A stretch of DNA of 64,000 bases from an uncultured Candidatus Saccharibacteria bacterium (GCA_964620955.1 CAZUKH010000001.1:124593-188592); one strand, 5' to 3'. Positions 40,675 through 50,027 are shown, counted from the stretch's first letter. Numbers and translations are program-made. The notes: a model not told the origin generated them from the sequence alone.

Positions 40675-41328
40675 ATGAGGTTTAAGCTTTATTTTGCTGG
40701 TTTCTTATTTACTGTTGTGCTCTACTCTGCTTTTGCATTGTTTTCGACTTCGGAATTTATTGAGTCAATAGTTGCAGGAATTTTTATTCTTTCTACTATT
40801 TTGTTTATTTTCACAAAAGAAGAAAAAGTAGAAAGTGAAGGTATACTTCAAAACCCTAAGGTACATTACTATCAAAATTCAAGAATAAACTATTACGGAT
40901 ACTTTATGGTAGTAGGTGCTTCTTTATGTGCTTTAACGTTTTATGTTGCCTCAACGCGGTTTGAGCTACCTATCGGCTTAGTTTCTTTGTTTTTTTGGCT
41001 CGTTATGATTTCTTTATCAATTATTGTATCTAACTATTTTAATAAAATTTATTTAAAAACTCTTTTAGTTGACTACATTTTAATGTTTTCCGGCACTAGC
41101 TTAAATTTTCGTGAAGTTGAGTTGATTATAGAGTTTTTGCTTCAAAAAGATTCATTAGATGCAAACTTATTAGTTAAGAAATGTAAGTCCAATTTTAAAA
41201 GTGTTTTAAAAGAAGATCTTCACAAAATTATTAATTTATATGTATTTTATGTTAAATCAATAACCACAGGAAACGAGTTAGTATCCGATGAGGTTGCAGT
41301 TTTGAATGAAAAATCAAGAATTAAATAA
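40675..41328 (+). CDS. Hypothetical membrane protein (4 TM + soluble tail)
   Basis: 217-aa ORF; TATAAT 5 nt before ATG. Confidence 0.65.
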   Translation: MRFKLYFAGFLFTVVLYSAFALFSTSEFIESIVAGIFILSTILFIFTKEEKVESEGILQNPKVHYYQNSRINYYGYFMVVGASLCALTFYVASTRFELPIGLVSLFFWLVMISLSIIVSNYFNKIYLKTLLVDYILMFSGTSLNFREVELIIEFLLQKDSLDANLLVKKCKSNFKSVLKEDLHKIINLYVFYVKSITTGNELVSDEVAVLNEKSRIK

Positions 41329-41668
41329 ACAAGTTTTAATTGATCATTATAAAAGTCCTTGCAATTACGGCAAGCCTAAATGGAAACCTGACTTTATTGC
41401 TGCTAAGGAAAATACCCTATGCGGCGATGCAGTTAAAATCTTTATTAAAATTGAAAACAGTTTTATTACAAAAGTCAGTTTTACTGCAGAGGGTTGCTCT
41501 ATCTGCATCGCCGCAACATCCTTACTTCTTCAAAACATTAAAGGCAAAAGTCTTGATTTCGTTAAACAGCTTGATGCCGAGTATGTTTTGCGCCTTGTAA
41601 AAGTAGATTTAAATCCTGAAAGAAAAAAATGTGCACTTTTAGGGTTTGATGCGCTTAAGGAAATTTAA
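41306..41668 (+). CDS. SufU/IscU-type Fe-S scaffold / sulfur-transfer protein
   Basis: IDHYKSP.NYG, N.LCGD, GCSICIAA, RKKCAL. Confidence 0.9.
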   Translation: MKNQELNKQVLIDHYKSPCNYGKPKWKPDFIAAKENTLCGDAVKIFIKIENSFITKVSFTAEGCSICIAATSLLLQNIKGKSLDFVKQLDAEYVLRLVKVDLNPERKKCALLGFDALKEI

Positions 41669-42841
41669 GGCAGTATAGGTTATTATCGAAAACGGGGCTG
41701 CTATTAGCAAAAAAGCTCTTACTACTGCTTCTTCATTTCCTTCAAAAGTTACAAGTAACACAACTAAAAACATAAATCCAGTAACCCTTCCTACAAGGTA
41801 GGTGGTTTCTATTAGCACATTCATTTCTAGCCCTGACTCGGTAGAATCTTCTGCTAAAAGATTTTCCCGTATTTTGTAATCGCAATCAGCCTTAACTGTA
41901 TCTACAAGAGTTTTATTAAAAGCTAATGCTATAGACCTAGCTACTAGTAAAGGTATACTCCATACTAACGCTAAAGCTGCGGTAAGCGCTGAATATATAA
42001 TTGAAACCCAATAGCCGTTTAGCACTCTACTTTTATCTTCTAGTACTCTTTCATACAATCCTGCTGCTGCTGCAAAGAGTCCAATAAACCCTAACAAAAC
42101 CCCTACTTGAAATTCATTTTGTATTAACAAGTAAGGAATAATCAAAAATAAGGCAAAAAACAATGTAGATTCTATGCTAATTATTAAATGTAAAAACACA
42201 AATCTTTTTATATACTTTTTGCGAAGAATTTTTGAAATCTCTGAAAATCTAAGCTTTGTTCTTGGTTGTTTATTGTAGCGAAACGGAGCAAATATTAATA
42301 CAATATAAACAGCAATGCATAAAAGAGTAAGGCTTCGAAAATCGTTTGTGACCGTAAGCAATGAGCCTGCAAGTACTGGTAAGATTATGCTTAAAACCTG
42401 GTCTATGCTACCAGAAAGCAGTATAGTAGAACTTCTTTCATTACCCTGGATTTCTCTTAAACCAATTGAATGATGTGGTGCAAAAGCAAATCCTCTTGAA
42501 ATTCCTCTAATAAGCGCAATTATTGGGTAAATCACGGCTATTTCGTTTAATGATAACGTAACAAAAATAAATACTGCCGCTTGAGCAATAAAAGATATGC
42601 GGTATGTCAAAAGATAGCCAATCTTATCAACATACATAGTTGCGATTAAAAACCCTATCCAAATACCTGCAAACCACAAAACCGCATCTATCATTAACAC
42701 ATATAGTTTTCCGGTAATTTGATAAAGCGTTATGTAATAAAAAGACCAAACTAAAATTTCAGATATGAGCAATCCTGTTTTAAAAGTAATGAATTGATAA
42801 ACCAGTTGTAAATGGTTTTTTGTTTGTAAAAGCCTGTTCAT
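41639..42841 (-). CDS. MFS transporter
   Basis: About 12 TM, YVDKIG loop, 400 aa. Confidence 0.8.
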   Translation of the reverse strand: MNRLLQTKNHLQLVYQFITFKTGLLISEILVWSFYYITLYQITGKLYVLMIDAVLWFAGIWIGFLIATMYVDKIGYLLTYRISFIAQAAVFIFVTLSLNEIAVIYPIIALIRGISRGFAFAPHHSIGLREIQGNERSSTILLSGSIDQVLSIILPVLAGSLLTVTNDFRSLTLLCIAVYIVLIFAPFRYNKQPRTKLRFSEISKILRKKYIKRFVFLHLIISIESTLFFALFLIIPYLLIQNEFQVGVLLGFIGLFAAAAGLYERVLEDKSRVLNGYWVSIIYSALTAALALVWSIPLLVARSIALAFNKTLVDTVKADCDYKIRENLLAEDSTESGLEMNVLIETTYLVGRVTGFMFLVVLLVTFEGNEEAVVRAFLLIAAPFSIITYTALNFLKRIKP

Positions 42842-42930
42842 GTTAGTGCTTAGTATATTGATTAAATGAAAATATTACCAATTTATCTTTTAAAAACTTG
42901 TGTTAAGATATCCCTATTTAAAATCTTTTA

Positions 42931-44010
42931 ATGAAAATAATAATTTTTGCAGGAGGTACTGGCAAAAGGTTTTGGCCTGTTAGCAGAATAAAATCACCTA
43001 AACAATTTAGCCCACTTATTGCAGGAAAACCGCTTGTACGGCTACGGGTAGATGCTTTGCTTAAAGGCTTTAATGCTTCTGATATTTTTTTAAGTACAGG
43101 GAGAATTTACGAAGATGAGGTAAAAAAGATGCTACCTCAACTTCCTGCCGAAAACATCATTTTAGAGCCTGTTATGCGAGATACTGGCCCTGCCGTAACT
43201 TTGGCAGTAAACTATGTGCACAGTATTCACCCTGGTGAAGTCATTTCAATCCAGTGGTCGGATCATTTAGTTAAAGATGAAACTACATTCATTACAGCTC
43301 TTAAGGAAAGTGAGAGAGTTTTGCAAAAAGAATCAGCAAAATCTACTGTGTTTTTAACTGTTCCAGCTAGATTTGCTTCTCCGCACCGCGGTTATATTGA
43401 AATTGGAGAAAAAATTAAGCAAGTGAGTGGCAAAATTACACTTTATAATTTCGTAAGATTTAAAGAAAAGCCAAGTGAAAAAACTGCAAAAAAATACATA
43501 GATTCTGGCAATTTTGGCTGGAACCCAGGTTACTGGACTATTAAACCCGAGTATTTTCTCAAAATTGTAAATGAAAACGCACAGCTTATATCTAAGGTAT
43601 GCAAAGAAGTTGTTGAATCAAATTTTAGTAAAGATTCTCTTACAAAATTTTCACAGCTAGAAAAAGTTGCGATAGATAAGGTTTTTGCTGAAAAGGTTAA
43701 TTCCACTAATGCCTTGGCAATGTTAACAGATATTGGGTGGAGTGATATTGGAGAATGGATAGCCCTTAAGGAAGCTTTACAGTCTTCTAATACAGCGAAT
43801 GTAATTAAAGGTAACGTAGTTGATTTAGACTCAAAAGATAGTGTAATTTTTAACCTGGACAATAAAAAGCTTGTTTCAACAATTAATTTAAATGGAATGG
43901 TAGTAGTAAATACACAAGATGTTGTAGCCGTTTTTCATAAAAAAGATAACTCCAGGCTTAAAGAATACCTGGCAAATCTAGAAAACGATGGTTTAAAAGA
44001 GTATTTGTGA
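42931..44010 (+). CDS. manC: Mannose-1-phosphate guanylyltransferase
   Basis: AGGTGKRFWPVSR..PKQF, EPVMRDTGPA, SDH, GYI, FKEKP, GWSDIG.W. Confidence 0.9.
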   Translation: MKIIIFAGGTGKRFWPVSRIKSPKQFSPLIAGKPLVRLRVDALLKGFNASDIFLSTGRIYEDEVKKMLPQLPAENIILEPVMRDTGPAVTLAVNYVHSIHPGEVISIQWSDHLVKDETTFITALKESERVLQKESAKSTVFLTVPARFASPHRGYIEIGEKIKQVSGKITLYNFVRFKEKPSEKTAKKYIDSGNFGWNPGYWTIKPEYFLKIVNENAQLISKVCKEVVESNFSKDSLTKFSQLEKVAIDKVFAEKVNSTNALAMLTDIGWSDIGEWIALKEALQSSNTANVIKGNVVDLDSKDSVIFNLDNKKLVSTINLNGMVVVNTQDVVAVFHKKDNSRLKEYLANLENDGLKEYL

Positions 44011-44110
44011 GAATTACTGCTATTGCTATGCCGATCTTACTAGCCTGCCCAAAGAAATGGTGGTAAAGTCGAATCCATGCATGGGTACCAAGTCTTTACT
44101 TAAGGGTATA

Positions 44111-44341
44111 CTATGGCTCATTTCCTTTTTTTTCTGGATAATTTACAAGAACAGCACCATTATTCATTCCAGCAAAAATTCGTTGAAAATTTATAATTTG
44201 TGTAGGCTGTTCGTATTTCTCACCCTCATAAGGGTTTCCATCCTGGATTATTGTACTATTCGGAAGCGTTAATTCTAATTTCCCAAAAAGTTTTTGAAAG
44301 TTGGGAACTGTTGGTTCTTGTTCACTGGGACCAGTTTCCAT
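44111..44341 (-). CDS. Small orphan hypothetical protein
   Basis: 76-aa ORF with ATG; no recognisable motif. Confidence 0.4.
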   Translation of the reverse strand: METGPSEQEPTVPNFQKLFGKLELTLPNSTIIQDGNPYEGEKYEQPTQIINFQRIFAGMNNGAVLVNYPEKKGNEP

Positions 44342-44406
44342 ATGTCATTAATATTAAGCGTCAAAATATTACTACAGGTTTATTCAAATGTCCAGGGGGT
44401 TTCTAA

Positions 44407-44829
44407 CTAGATATTTTGTTCTGTGACTTGGAAGATATCAATATTATAAAGTCTTCTAATCATCTCACGAATAAATTCTTTCCTTGAGGGTTTTATTGAT
44501 GGTGTTTCGCCCCTTGTATAAATCTCAAACATTGTATTAGCTGCTACTCTGAGCTTATCTTGATCTTCAAAATTGCCCACAAGTTTTTTTGAAAAATCAT
44601 TCAAGGTATTTTTCAAGCTTGTAAGCAATGTATTCAAAGGCTTATCTACTATTCCAACTTTTTCAAGTAATATTTTGGCATCATTAATAATAATTTTCAC
44701 AAGCAAATTCGCACCATTTTTTAATTGCTCCAAAGAATTAATAGAAGAATACTTATTGGCGAAATCTTCTCTCACGAGTAATTCTGTTACTTGAGGATTT
44801 TTTTCATCTATTTGGGGTTCTGCAGTCAT
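44407..44829 (-). CDS. Hypothetical helical protein translationally coupled to valS
   Basis: ATG overlaps the valS stop (TAATG); about 140 aa. Confidence 0.6.
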   Translation of the reverse strand: MTAEPQIDEKNPQVTELLVREDFANKYSSINSLEQLKNGANLLVKIIINDAKILLEKVGIVDKPLNTLLTSLKNTLNDFSKKLVGNFEDQDKLRVAANTMFEIYTRGETPSIKPSRKEFIREMIRRLYNIDIFQVTEQNI

Positions 44830-47618
44830 TACCATTTTGTATACATTAAAAAATTATGTTCATTTTTTGCTTTAGGTACTTCGTTCCACAACCTTTGAGT
44901 AATAAAAGGCACGAATGGATGAAGAAGTTTAAGATATTGCTTAAGTGCAAACATTAAAACATCCGCAGTTTCACGCTTTTCTTCATTAGAAGGTGATGAA
45001 ATTATGCGAGACGTCTCTTTATCTTTTTTATCATAAAGGTGAGGTTTAGAGCTTTCTAATAATACATCACAAAAAGTATGCCAAAATTCTTGGTACAACG
45101 TTTCGGTAGCATATCCAAATTCAAACTCTTGAATGTAGTCTGTGACTTTTTGGTGGACTTCGGTGATGTGGTTGAATATATTTTTCGAGTTTTCTAGCTT
45201 TAAAGCTTCAGGTTTCAGGCTCGTGGCTGCGGGGGCTTCCTGATGCCCTATCCCTATTGCCTGGTTCCCTAATACAAATCTCGATGCATTCCAAATTTTA
45301 TTCATAAACTGTTTAAAGTTTTTCAGCTTATCGTAAGTCATTGAATAGCTTGCTCCTGCGGAGTTTTGATAGTAGTAAACCATCCTAACCGCGTCTGTAC
45401 CATACTCTACCCTTACTTTATCTATGTCAATTACATTCCCTTTAGACTTGCTCATTTTTTGTCCATCAGTACCTTTTACTAACCCTGTTAAATAAAGATG
45501 TTTAAAAGGTATTTGTTTGGTTTTAAAATAACTAAACATCATCATTCGGGAGTCCCAATTTTCTAGAATATCGAATCCTGAAACCATTACGTCTGTTGGA
45601 TAAAAGGAGTCCATTAAATTGTATTTCTGTAATGTTGCAAATGGCCATTGACCCGAGCTAAACCACGTATCAAGCACAGATTCGTCTTGGAACCAACCTT
45701 CACCAGGACTTTCTTTCTGTACTCTTAGATGATTTGGATTATCATACTCAAGTTGAACCCAGTTTTCAGCCTCTACCCCTTGCTCCTTGCCTGCTGCAAG
45801 CTGAATCATTTCTTTAACTTCTCCATTTCCCCCAATTTCTTCTTTTACCTGGCCGTGATACCAAACTGGCAAACGATACCCCCACCAAAGAGATCTTGAA
45901 ATTGCCCAATCTCGTAAGTTATCCATCCAATGATTAAATTTTGCAATCATAGATTCAGGGTGAATTGTAACAGAACCGGCTTCAGGTTTCGGGACTGAGG
46001 CTTTGAGCGATGACGTTCGAACGGCTGGGGGGTCTGCCAACTGCCTGCTGCTCGCTGCCCGCTGCCCATTTTCCACCATTTCCTTAGCAGCCTCTTTAAG
46101 TCCATCGTATTTTAAATACCATTGAGATGATAATAATGGCTCAATTGGTGCCTTAGTACGCTCTGCAATTGCAACTTTATTTTTATAAAGGTTATCTACA
46201 TAAACTAAATTGCCATGCTTTTTCATATCTTCTTTCATAAGCTCTCTAGCCTCCTTTGTTTTTATACCTTTGTAGGGCCCTGTAAGCCCATTTAAGCGCA
46301 AGTCGTACCCTATTACGGTAATTGCCGGCAAGCATTCTTTAGTGTGCCTCATGGCTATTTCCCAGTCTTCTACAGCGTGCGCCGGAGTAACTTTTAGCAA
46401 ACCTGTACCAAAGTCTTTATCGACTGCATAGTCTGCAATAAAGTTTAACTTTTTCTTTTGACCTAAAAATTCAACTTCTACTTTTTTACCAACAAAGTCT
46501 TTGTATCGATCATCTTTTGGATTACAAGCAATTGCAGTATCTGCAAAAATGGTTTCGGGCCGCACAGTACCAATAATAAATCCATTTGTATAAAATTTAT
46601 CTTCAGGATATTCATCGAAAAGCATGAAATGAGATCCTGCAATAATCTTTGACTTTTCTTGAAAAACCTTGAAAACCTCCTCATTTATGTCTCCTTTAAA
46701 TTCTTTTGAAACCACTAAAATATGAATATTACCATCCATTCTCATTTCTACACCAATGGCTTTTCCTTTTATTTCTAGTCCAGTTTCAATTTTTTCATAG
46801 CCTATACCTACAACTAATTCTGAGCCATAAGTGCTTCCTACAATATATGAACTTTCTTCTTGCTCATCTTTTGCTGGGGGATATTGTCCCACATTCCATA
46901 CAACTTCTTTTCCCTCAAACTTATTTTTTAATTGTATGGCTTTTTCTTCCGGTTCAGTAAATGCATATTTAAAATAAAAAAATGGCGTTTGAGACTCTAC
47001 ATATTCAATCTGGTTATCTGCTACTGCAGTTCTTCCTTTTGGGTCCCAATTTACTATTCTTACTCCCTTATAAATACGGCCTTCTTTGTACATTTCCACA
47101 AAAGTATCTAAAACTGTTTCCACAATATCTTCGTCCAAGGTAAAAGTGTCGCGGTCAAAATCTGCTGAAAGTCCTATTTCCTGTTCATCTTTCTTGGCTT
47201 TTTTCATGTTTTCTAGGTTAAACTCCATCATCATTTTATAAAACTCTTCTCTTTTTAAATCGAACTTGTTAATCTTTTTCTTTTCTAAAACTTCTCTTAC
47301 AAAAACACCTTCTCCTTCCAACCCTGCATGATCTTTGCCAGGAATCATAAGTACTTTTTTACCCTGCATTCGTTGGAATCTTGCCATTGCATCCATATAT
47401 GCATACCCAGAAAGATTGCCTATATGCGGTCTACCGTAAGCATTTGGTGGAGGGCAGACTAATGCCCATGGAGTTCTTTTATCTTTAAGCATTTCTTCTT
47501 TAGAAACAATTTTAGAAGTGGCTGGATCAAACTCTGGTTTATAACTACCAGATTTTAACCACTCTTCAAGAATCTTTTTTTCTTCTTCGCTGTAATTGTA
47601 TGGTCCTTGAGGTAGCAT
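44829..47618 (-). CDS. valS: Valyl-tRNA synthetase (with insertions, lacking C-terminal coiled coil)
   Basis: PPPN..HIGN, PGKDHAG, TVRPET, GTGLLKVTPAH, DWAISR.LWWG, VLDTWFSS..WPF, KMSKSKGN, KIWNASRF. Confidence 0.96.
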   Translation of the reverse strand: MLPQGPYNYSEEEKKILEEWLKSGSYKPEFDPATSKIVSKEEMLKDKRTPWALVCPPPNAYGRPHIGNLSGYAYMDAMARFQRMQGKKVLMIPGKDHAGLEGEGVFVREVLEKKKINKFDLKREEFYKMMMEFNLENMKKAKKDEQEIGLSADFDRDTFTLDEDIVETVLDTFVEMYKEGRIYKGVRIVNWDPKGRTAVADNQIEYVESQTPFFYFKYAFTEPEEKAIQLKNKFEGKEVVWNVGQYPPAKDEQEESSYIVGSTYGSELVVGIGYEKIETGLEIKGKAIGVEMRMDGNIHILVVSKEFKGDINEEVFKVFQEKSKIIAGSHFMLFDEYPEDKFYTNGFIIGTVRPETIFADTAIACNPKDDRYKDFVGKKVEVEFLGQKKKLNFIADYAVDKDFGTGLLKVTPAHAVEDWEIAMRHTKECLPAITVIGYDLRLNGLTGPYKGIKTKEARELMKEDMKKHGNLVYVDNLYKNKVAIAERTKAPIEPLLSSQWYLKYDGLKEAAKEMVENGQRAASSRQLADPPAVRTSSLKASVPKPEAGSVTIHPESMIAKFNHWMDNLRDWAISRSLWWGYRLPVWYHGQVKEEIGGNGEVKEMIQLAAGKEQGVEAENWVQLEYDNPNHLRVQKESPGEGWFQDESVLDTWFSSGQWPFATLQKYNLMDSFYPTDVMVSGFDILENWDSRMMMFSYFKTKQIPFKHLYLTGLVKGTDGQKMSKSKGNVIDIDKVRVEYGTDAVRMVYYYQNSAGASYSMTYDKLKNFKQFMNKIWNASRFVLGNQAIGIGHQEAPAATSLKPEALKLENSKNIFNHITEVHQKVTDYIQEFEFGYATETLYQEFWHTFCDVLLESSKPHLYDKKDKETSRIISSPSNEEKRETADVLMFALKQYLKLLHPFVPFITQRLWNEVPKAKNEHNFLMYTKW
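45194..45271 (-). repeat. GC-rich heptamer-repeat element inserted in-frame in valS (copy A)
   Basis: Minus strand AGGGAACC-AGGCAAT-AGGGAT-AGGGCATC-AGG..CCCCCGCAGCC..GCCTGAA-ACCTGAA-GCT. Confidence 0.65.
45763..45803 (-). repeat. Short heptamer-repeat tract in valS (copy B)
   Basis: Minus strand TGCAGCA-GGCAAGG-AGCAAGG-GGTAGAG-GCTGAAA. Confidence 0.5.
45977..46068 (-). repeat. GC-rich heptamer-repeat element inserted in-frame in valS (copy C)
   Basis: Minus strand GGCAGCG-GGCAGCG-AGCAGCA-GGCAGTT-GGCAGAC (46066-46032), CCCCCCAGCC, GAAACCTGAAGC. Confidence 0.75.
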
Positions 47619-47737
47619 ATAAGTTTTTTTCTTTAAGGATTATATCGTAAAATTTTTATTTATTGGTTATGTTTTCTTGCCTGACTAATCCTAACCCTGT
47701 CTTTAGTGATAGTTTCTTCAATTTATGACCGATACGG

Positions 47738-48562
47738 TTAAAATTTTAATTCGGTCGAAATTTCAGCTGGTTTGGATATAAGCCACAAAAGATTAAAAAT
47801 ACTTTGCAGTGTTTTTGCTAATGAAACGCTTTGAATAAAAGCACCCCAGCTTTCGTTATTATTTGCGGTTGATATTACAACATGATCACCTAGAATGCTT
47901 ATTCTGTTATAACTTTCAAAGTTAGGGTTATCTAAAATTCGTACTTCACGTTTTAAAAGGTAGTCAGGATTAATACTCTGCTGATATTTTAAAGTTTGCA
48001 AAGACCACTCATTATTGGGGACAAGTTCTTTTGTTTCGTAGTTGGGCGGTGTATGACTTATTGTTTGCTTTTGCACTTCGGCTTTCGTAAAACTGTCAAC
48101 AGGCATAATGCCGGTTATAACATATCTTGTCGAAGGAAAATCTTCGTAATCTTCAAGAAAGAACGCTTTTTTAGCAGCTTCAATTCCTTTTTCAAAATTT
48201 AAGAACCCTTCTGAATTGTTGCTTGAAGGTGTTACAAGATTGCCTGCCTTTACATTAAGCACATCTACAAGAGCCATTTGTAAGTTGTTAAGGTTTTGTT
48301 TTCTTTCTACTATCATTTTGCTAACAGCTTCAAGGCTTTTAGGCTTAACCATTAGTTGCCCTGATGTTTCCAAACCAGAAAGCTCCAAAAAACCTTTTAA
48401 AGAAAGATCTGTGATTACATCATAAACAGTAGTCCGGGCTATTTGTGTTTTTTTTGCTATTTGATTGGGTGTCGATTGACCTAGTAGTAAACATTGCTGA
48501 TAAACACGGGCCTCATTAGCACTTAACCCTAACTTAAGAAGAATATTTTGGAGTTGATTCAT
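47738..48562 (-). CDS. TrmB family transcriptional regulator
   Basis: LLKLGLSANEARVY..L..G..T...IAKKTQIARTTVYDVI..L..KG; C-terminal PLD-like sensor with SIFNLLW. Confidence 0.88.
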   Translation of the reverse strand: MNQLQNILLKLGLSANEARVYQQCLLLGQSTPNQIAKKTQIARTTVYDVITDLSLKGFLELSGLETSGQLMVKPKSLEAVSKMIVERKQNLNNLQMALVDVLNVKAGNLVTPSSNNSEGFLNFEKGIEAAKKAFFLEDYEDFPSTRYVITGIMPVDSFTKAEVQKQTISHTPPNYETKELVPNNEWSLQTLKYQQSINPDYLLKREVRILDNPNFESYNRISILGDHVVISTANNNESWGAFIQSVSLAKTLQSIFNLLWLISKPAEISTELKF

Positions 48563-48603
48563 AACTTATTCTAAACCCAGTAGTCACTGACGGTCAAGTG
48601 CAA

Positions 48604-49890
48604 CTACTTTTTAAACACTCCCACAATCCATTTATGACTTTTTTGAGTGTGGTTTAGTTTTACAAGCTTAAATCCAGCTTTTTCTGCTCTACCTACGAGC
48701 TCATCTGCTGTAAAGAAATGATAAAACCGCTCAAGCTCTCCGTAGCTTTTCTGTTCTTTTTCAACAATTTCTCCTTCTCCTTCTCTCACGATTATGTAAA
48801 AGATACCACCATCTACTAATGCTTCATATGTTTTTTTAAAAAGCTCATCTTGATATTTACCCTCAACATGGTGAAAAGAATCTCGTGCCCATATGCCTTT
48901 AAACTTCTCTTTACCAAATGGTTGCTTGACCATATCGGCATGGATTATTTGAGTGTTAGGATTTTCAAATTGTGCAATTTGTGCAAACCTTTTAGATATC
49001 TCGATTCCAGTTACAGAATACTTCTCAGACAAAAAAGCAACATCAAGACCAGGCCCGCAGCCCAAATCTAATACTTTAGCTGGTGGGTTAATCATTTTTG
49101 CAAACTCTTCTAACTGCCCTCTTGAAGGCAATAGTCTGAACTTTTTTGAGTGATAGCTTTGGGCATGTGCATCATAGCTTGTTTTCGTTTTATTGGTGCG
49201 TTCTGACAATAAAAATGCAGCTTCATCTCCATTTGTTGATTTAAGTTGGGATCTATCTAATGTGAGCTCGTGATGTTCAAGAATAGTCATGATGTCTCTT
49301 GGTGTTTCAGCAAAATACAGTACCCCAAACTCTTTTTCGTCTATAAGCATATATTTTTGCATAGAAGATACTAGCTCTTTCCAAAAGTTACCAAACAGTA
49401 TTACTGGCTTATGTGCGCCGTAATATAATTTGGCCAAGGCCCAAACTAAGCCGAATTCTGAGATTGTCCCTGTACCTCCTTTACATACAACGTAGGCATC
49501 TCCCTTTTCAATAAGCCCAAATGTTCTGTTTATGTAATTTGACTGTGCATCTGTTTCATCTGCTATGTTTGCAAGATTTTTTCCTTCAAATACTGTTGCA
49601 AGTTTTGGTTCCCAATAAACTACTGCGGTTTTACCATTTACTGATTCTGCTCCGTCTGTTGCTGCTTTCATAAGCCCAGGCCCACCCCCATTAACAATGG
49701 TATAACCATTTTGTGCCAGTAGTTTTGCTGATTCGTAAACTATTTTATAAATTTCATTTTCTGCAGAAATTGCTGAATCACCAAAAAATGTAATGTTATT
49801 TATAAGCCTTTTTGGCTTGTGGCTAATTCCTTTATTAGACTTGAGTTTAATGGTTTTTGGCTTTAACGGCAGCTTTATATTTGTTGGCAT
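48604..49890 (-). CDS. LOG/SLOG-family nucleotide-binding domain fused to class I SAM-dependent methyltransferase
   Basis: ITFFG, NGGGPGLM, KGGTGTISEF, KPVILFG; then VLDLGCGPG, GIEIS, FKGIWARDSFHH. Confidence 0.85.
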   Translation of the reverse strand: MPTNIKLPLKPKTIKLKSNKGISHKPKRLINNITFFGDSAISAENEIYKIVYESAKLLAQNGYTIVNGGGPGLMKAATDGAESVNGKTAVVYWEPKLATVFEGKNLANIADETDAQSNYINRTFGLIEKGDAYVVCKGGTGTISEFGLVWALAKLYYGAHKPVILFGNFWKELVSSMQKYMLIDEKEFGVLYFAETPRDIMTILEHHELTLDRSQLKSTNGDEAAFLLSERTNKTKTSYDAHAQSYHSKKFRLLPSRGQLEEFAKMINPPAKVLDLGCGPGLDVAFLSEKYSVTGIEISKRFAQIAQFENPNTQIIHADMVKQPFGKEKFKGIWARDSFHHVEGKYQDELFKKTYEALVDGGIFYIIVREGEGEIVEKEQKSYGELERFYHFFTADELVGRAEKAGFKLVKLNHTQKSHKWIVGVFKK

Positions 49891-49902
49891 AGAGTTAGTA
49901 TA

Positions 49903-50026
49903 AAGCTAAAAGCTAAAAGTTAAAAGCCAAAAGTTATGCACTATGTGACTTAACTAAAGAGTAAGTGATTGGACTTAGCGGACGCGGCTACTCCAAATAA
50001 AGAAAACATGTCTGTAATAACTTTTA
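49903..50026. repeat. AAAGCTA-type heptamer array with distal inverted match
   Basis: AAAGCTA-AAAGCTA-AAAGTTA-AAAGCCA-AAAGTTA; AAAAGTTAT is complementary to ATAACTTTT near 50017. Confidence 0.65.
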
Positions 50027-50027
50027 C

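Noticed and set aside
44030-44090. Complete tRNA gene
   Set aside because: Only the 3' end fits; no acceptor 5' strand, D arm or anticodon arm could be folded
44057-44272. 71-aa plus-strand ORF
   Set aside because: Overlaps the minus-strand 76-aa ORF and has no recognisable features; neither is strongly supported
46590-46955. Intein in valS
   Set aside because: No Cys/Ser start, no His-Asn end followed by Cys/Ser/Thr, no LAGLIDADG motifs
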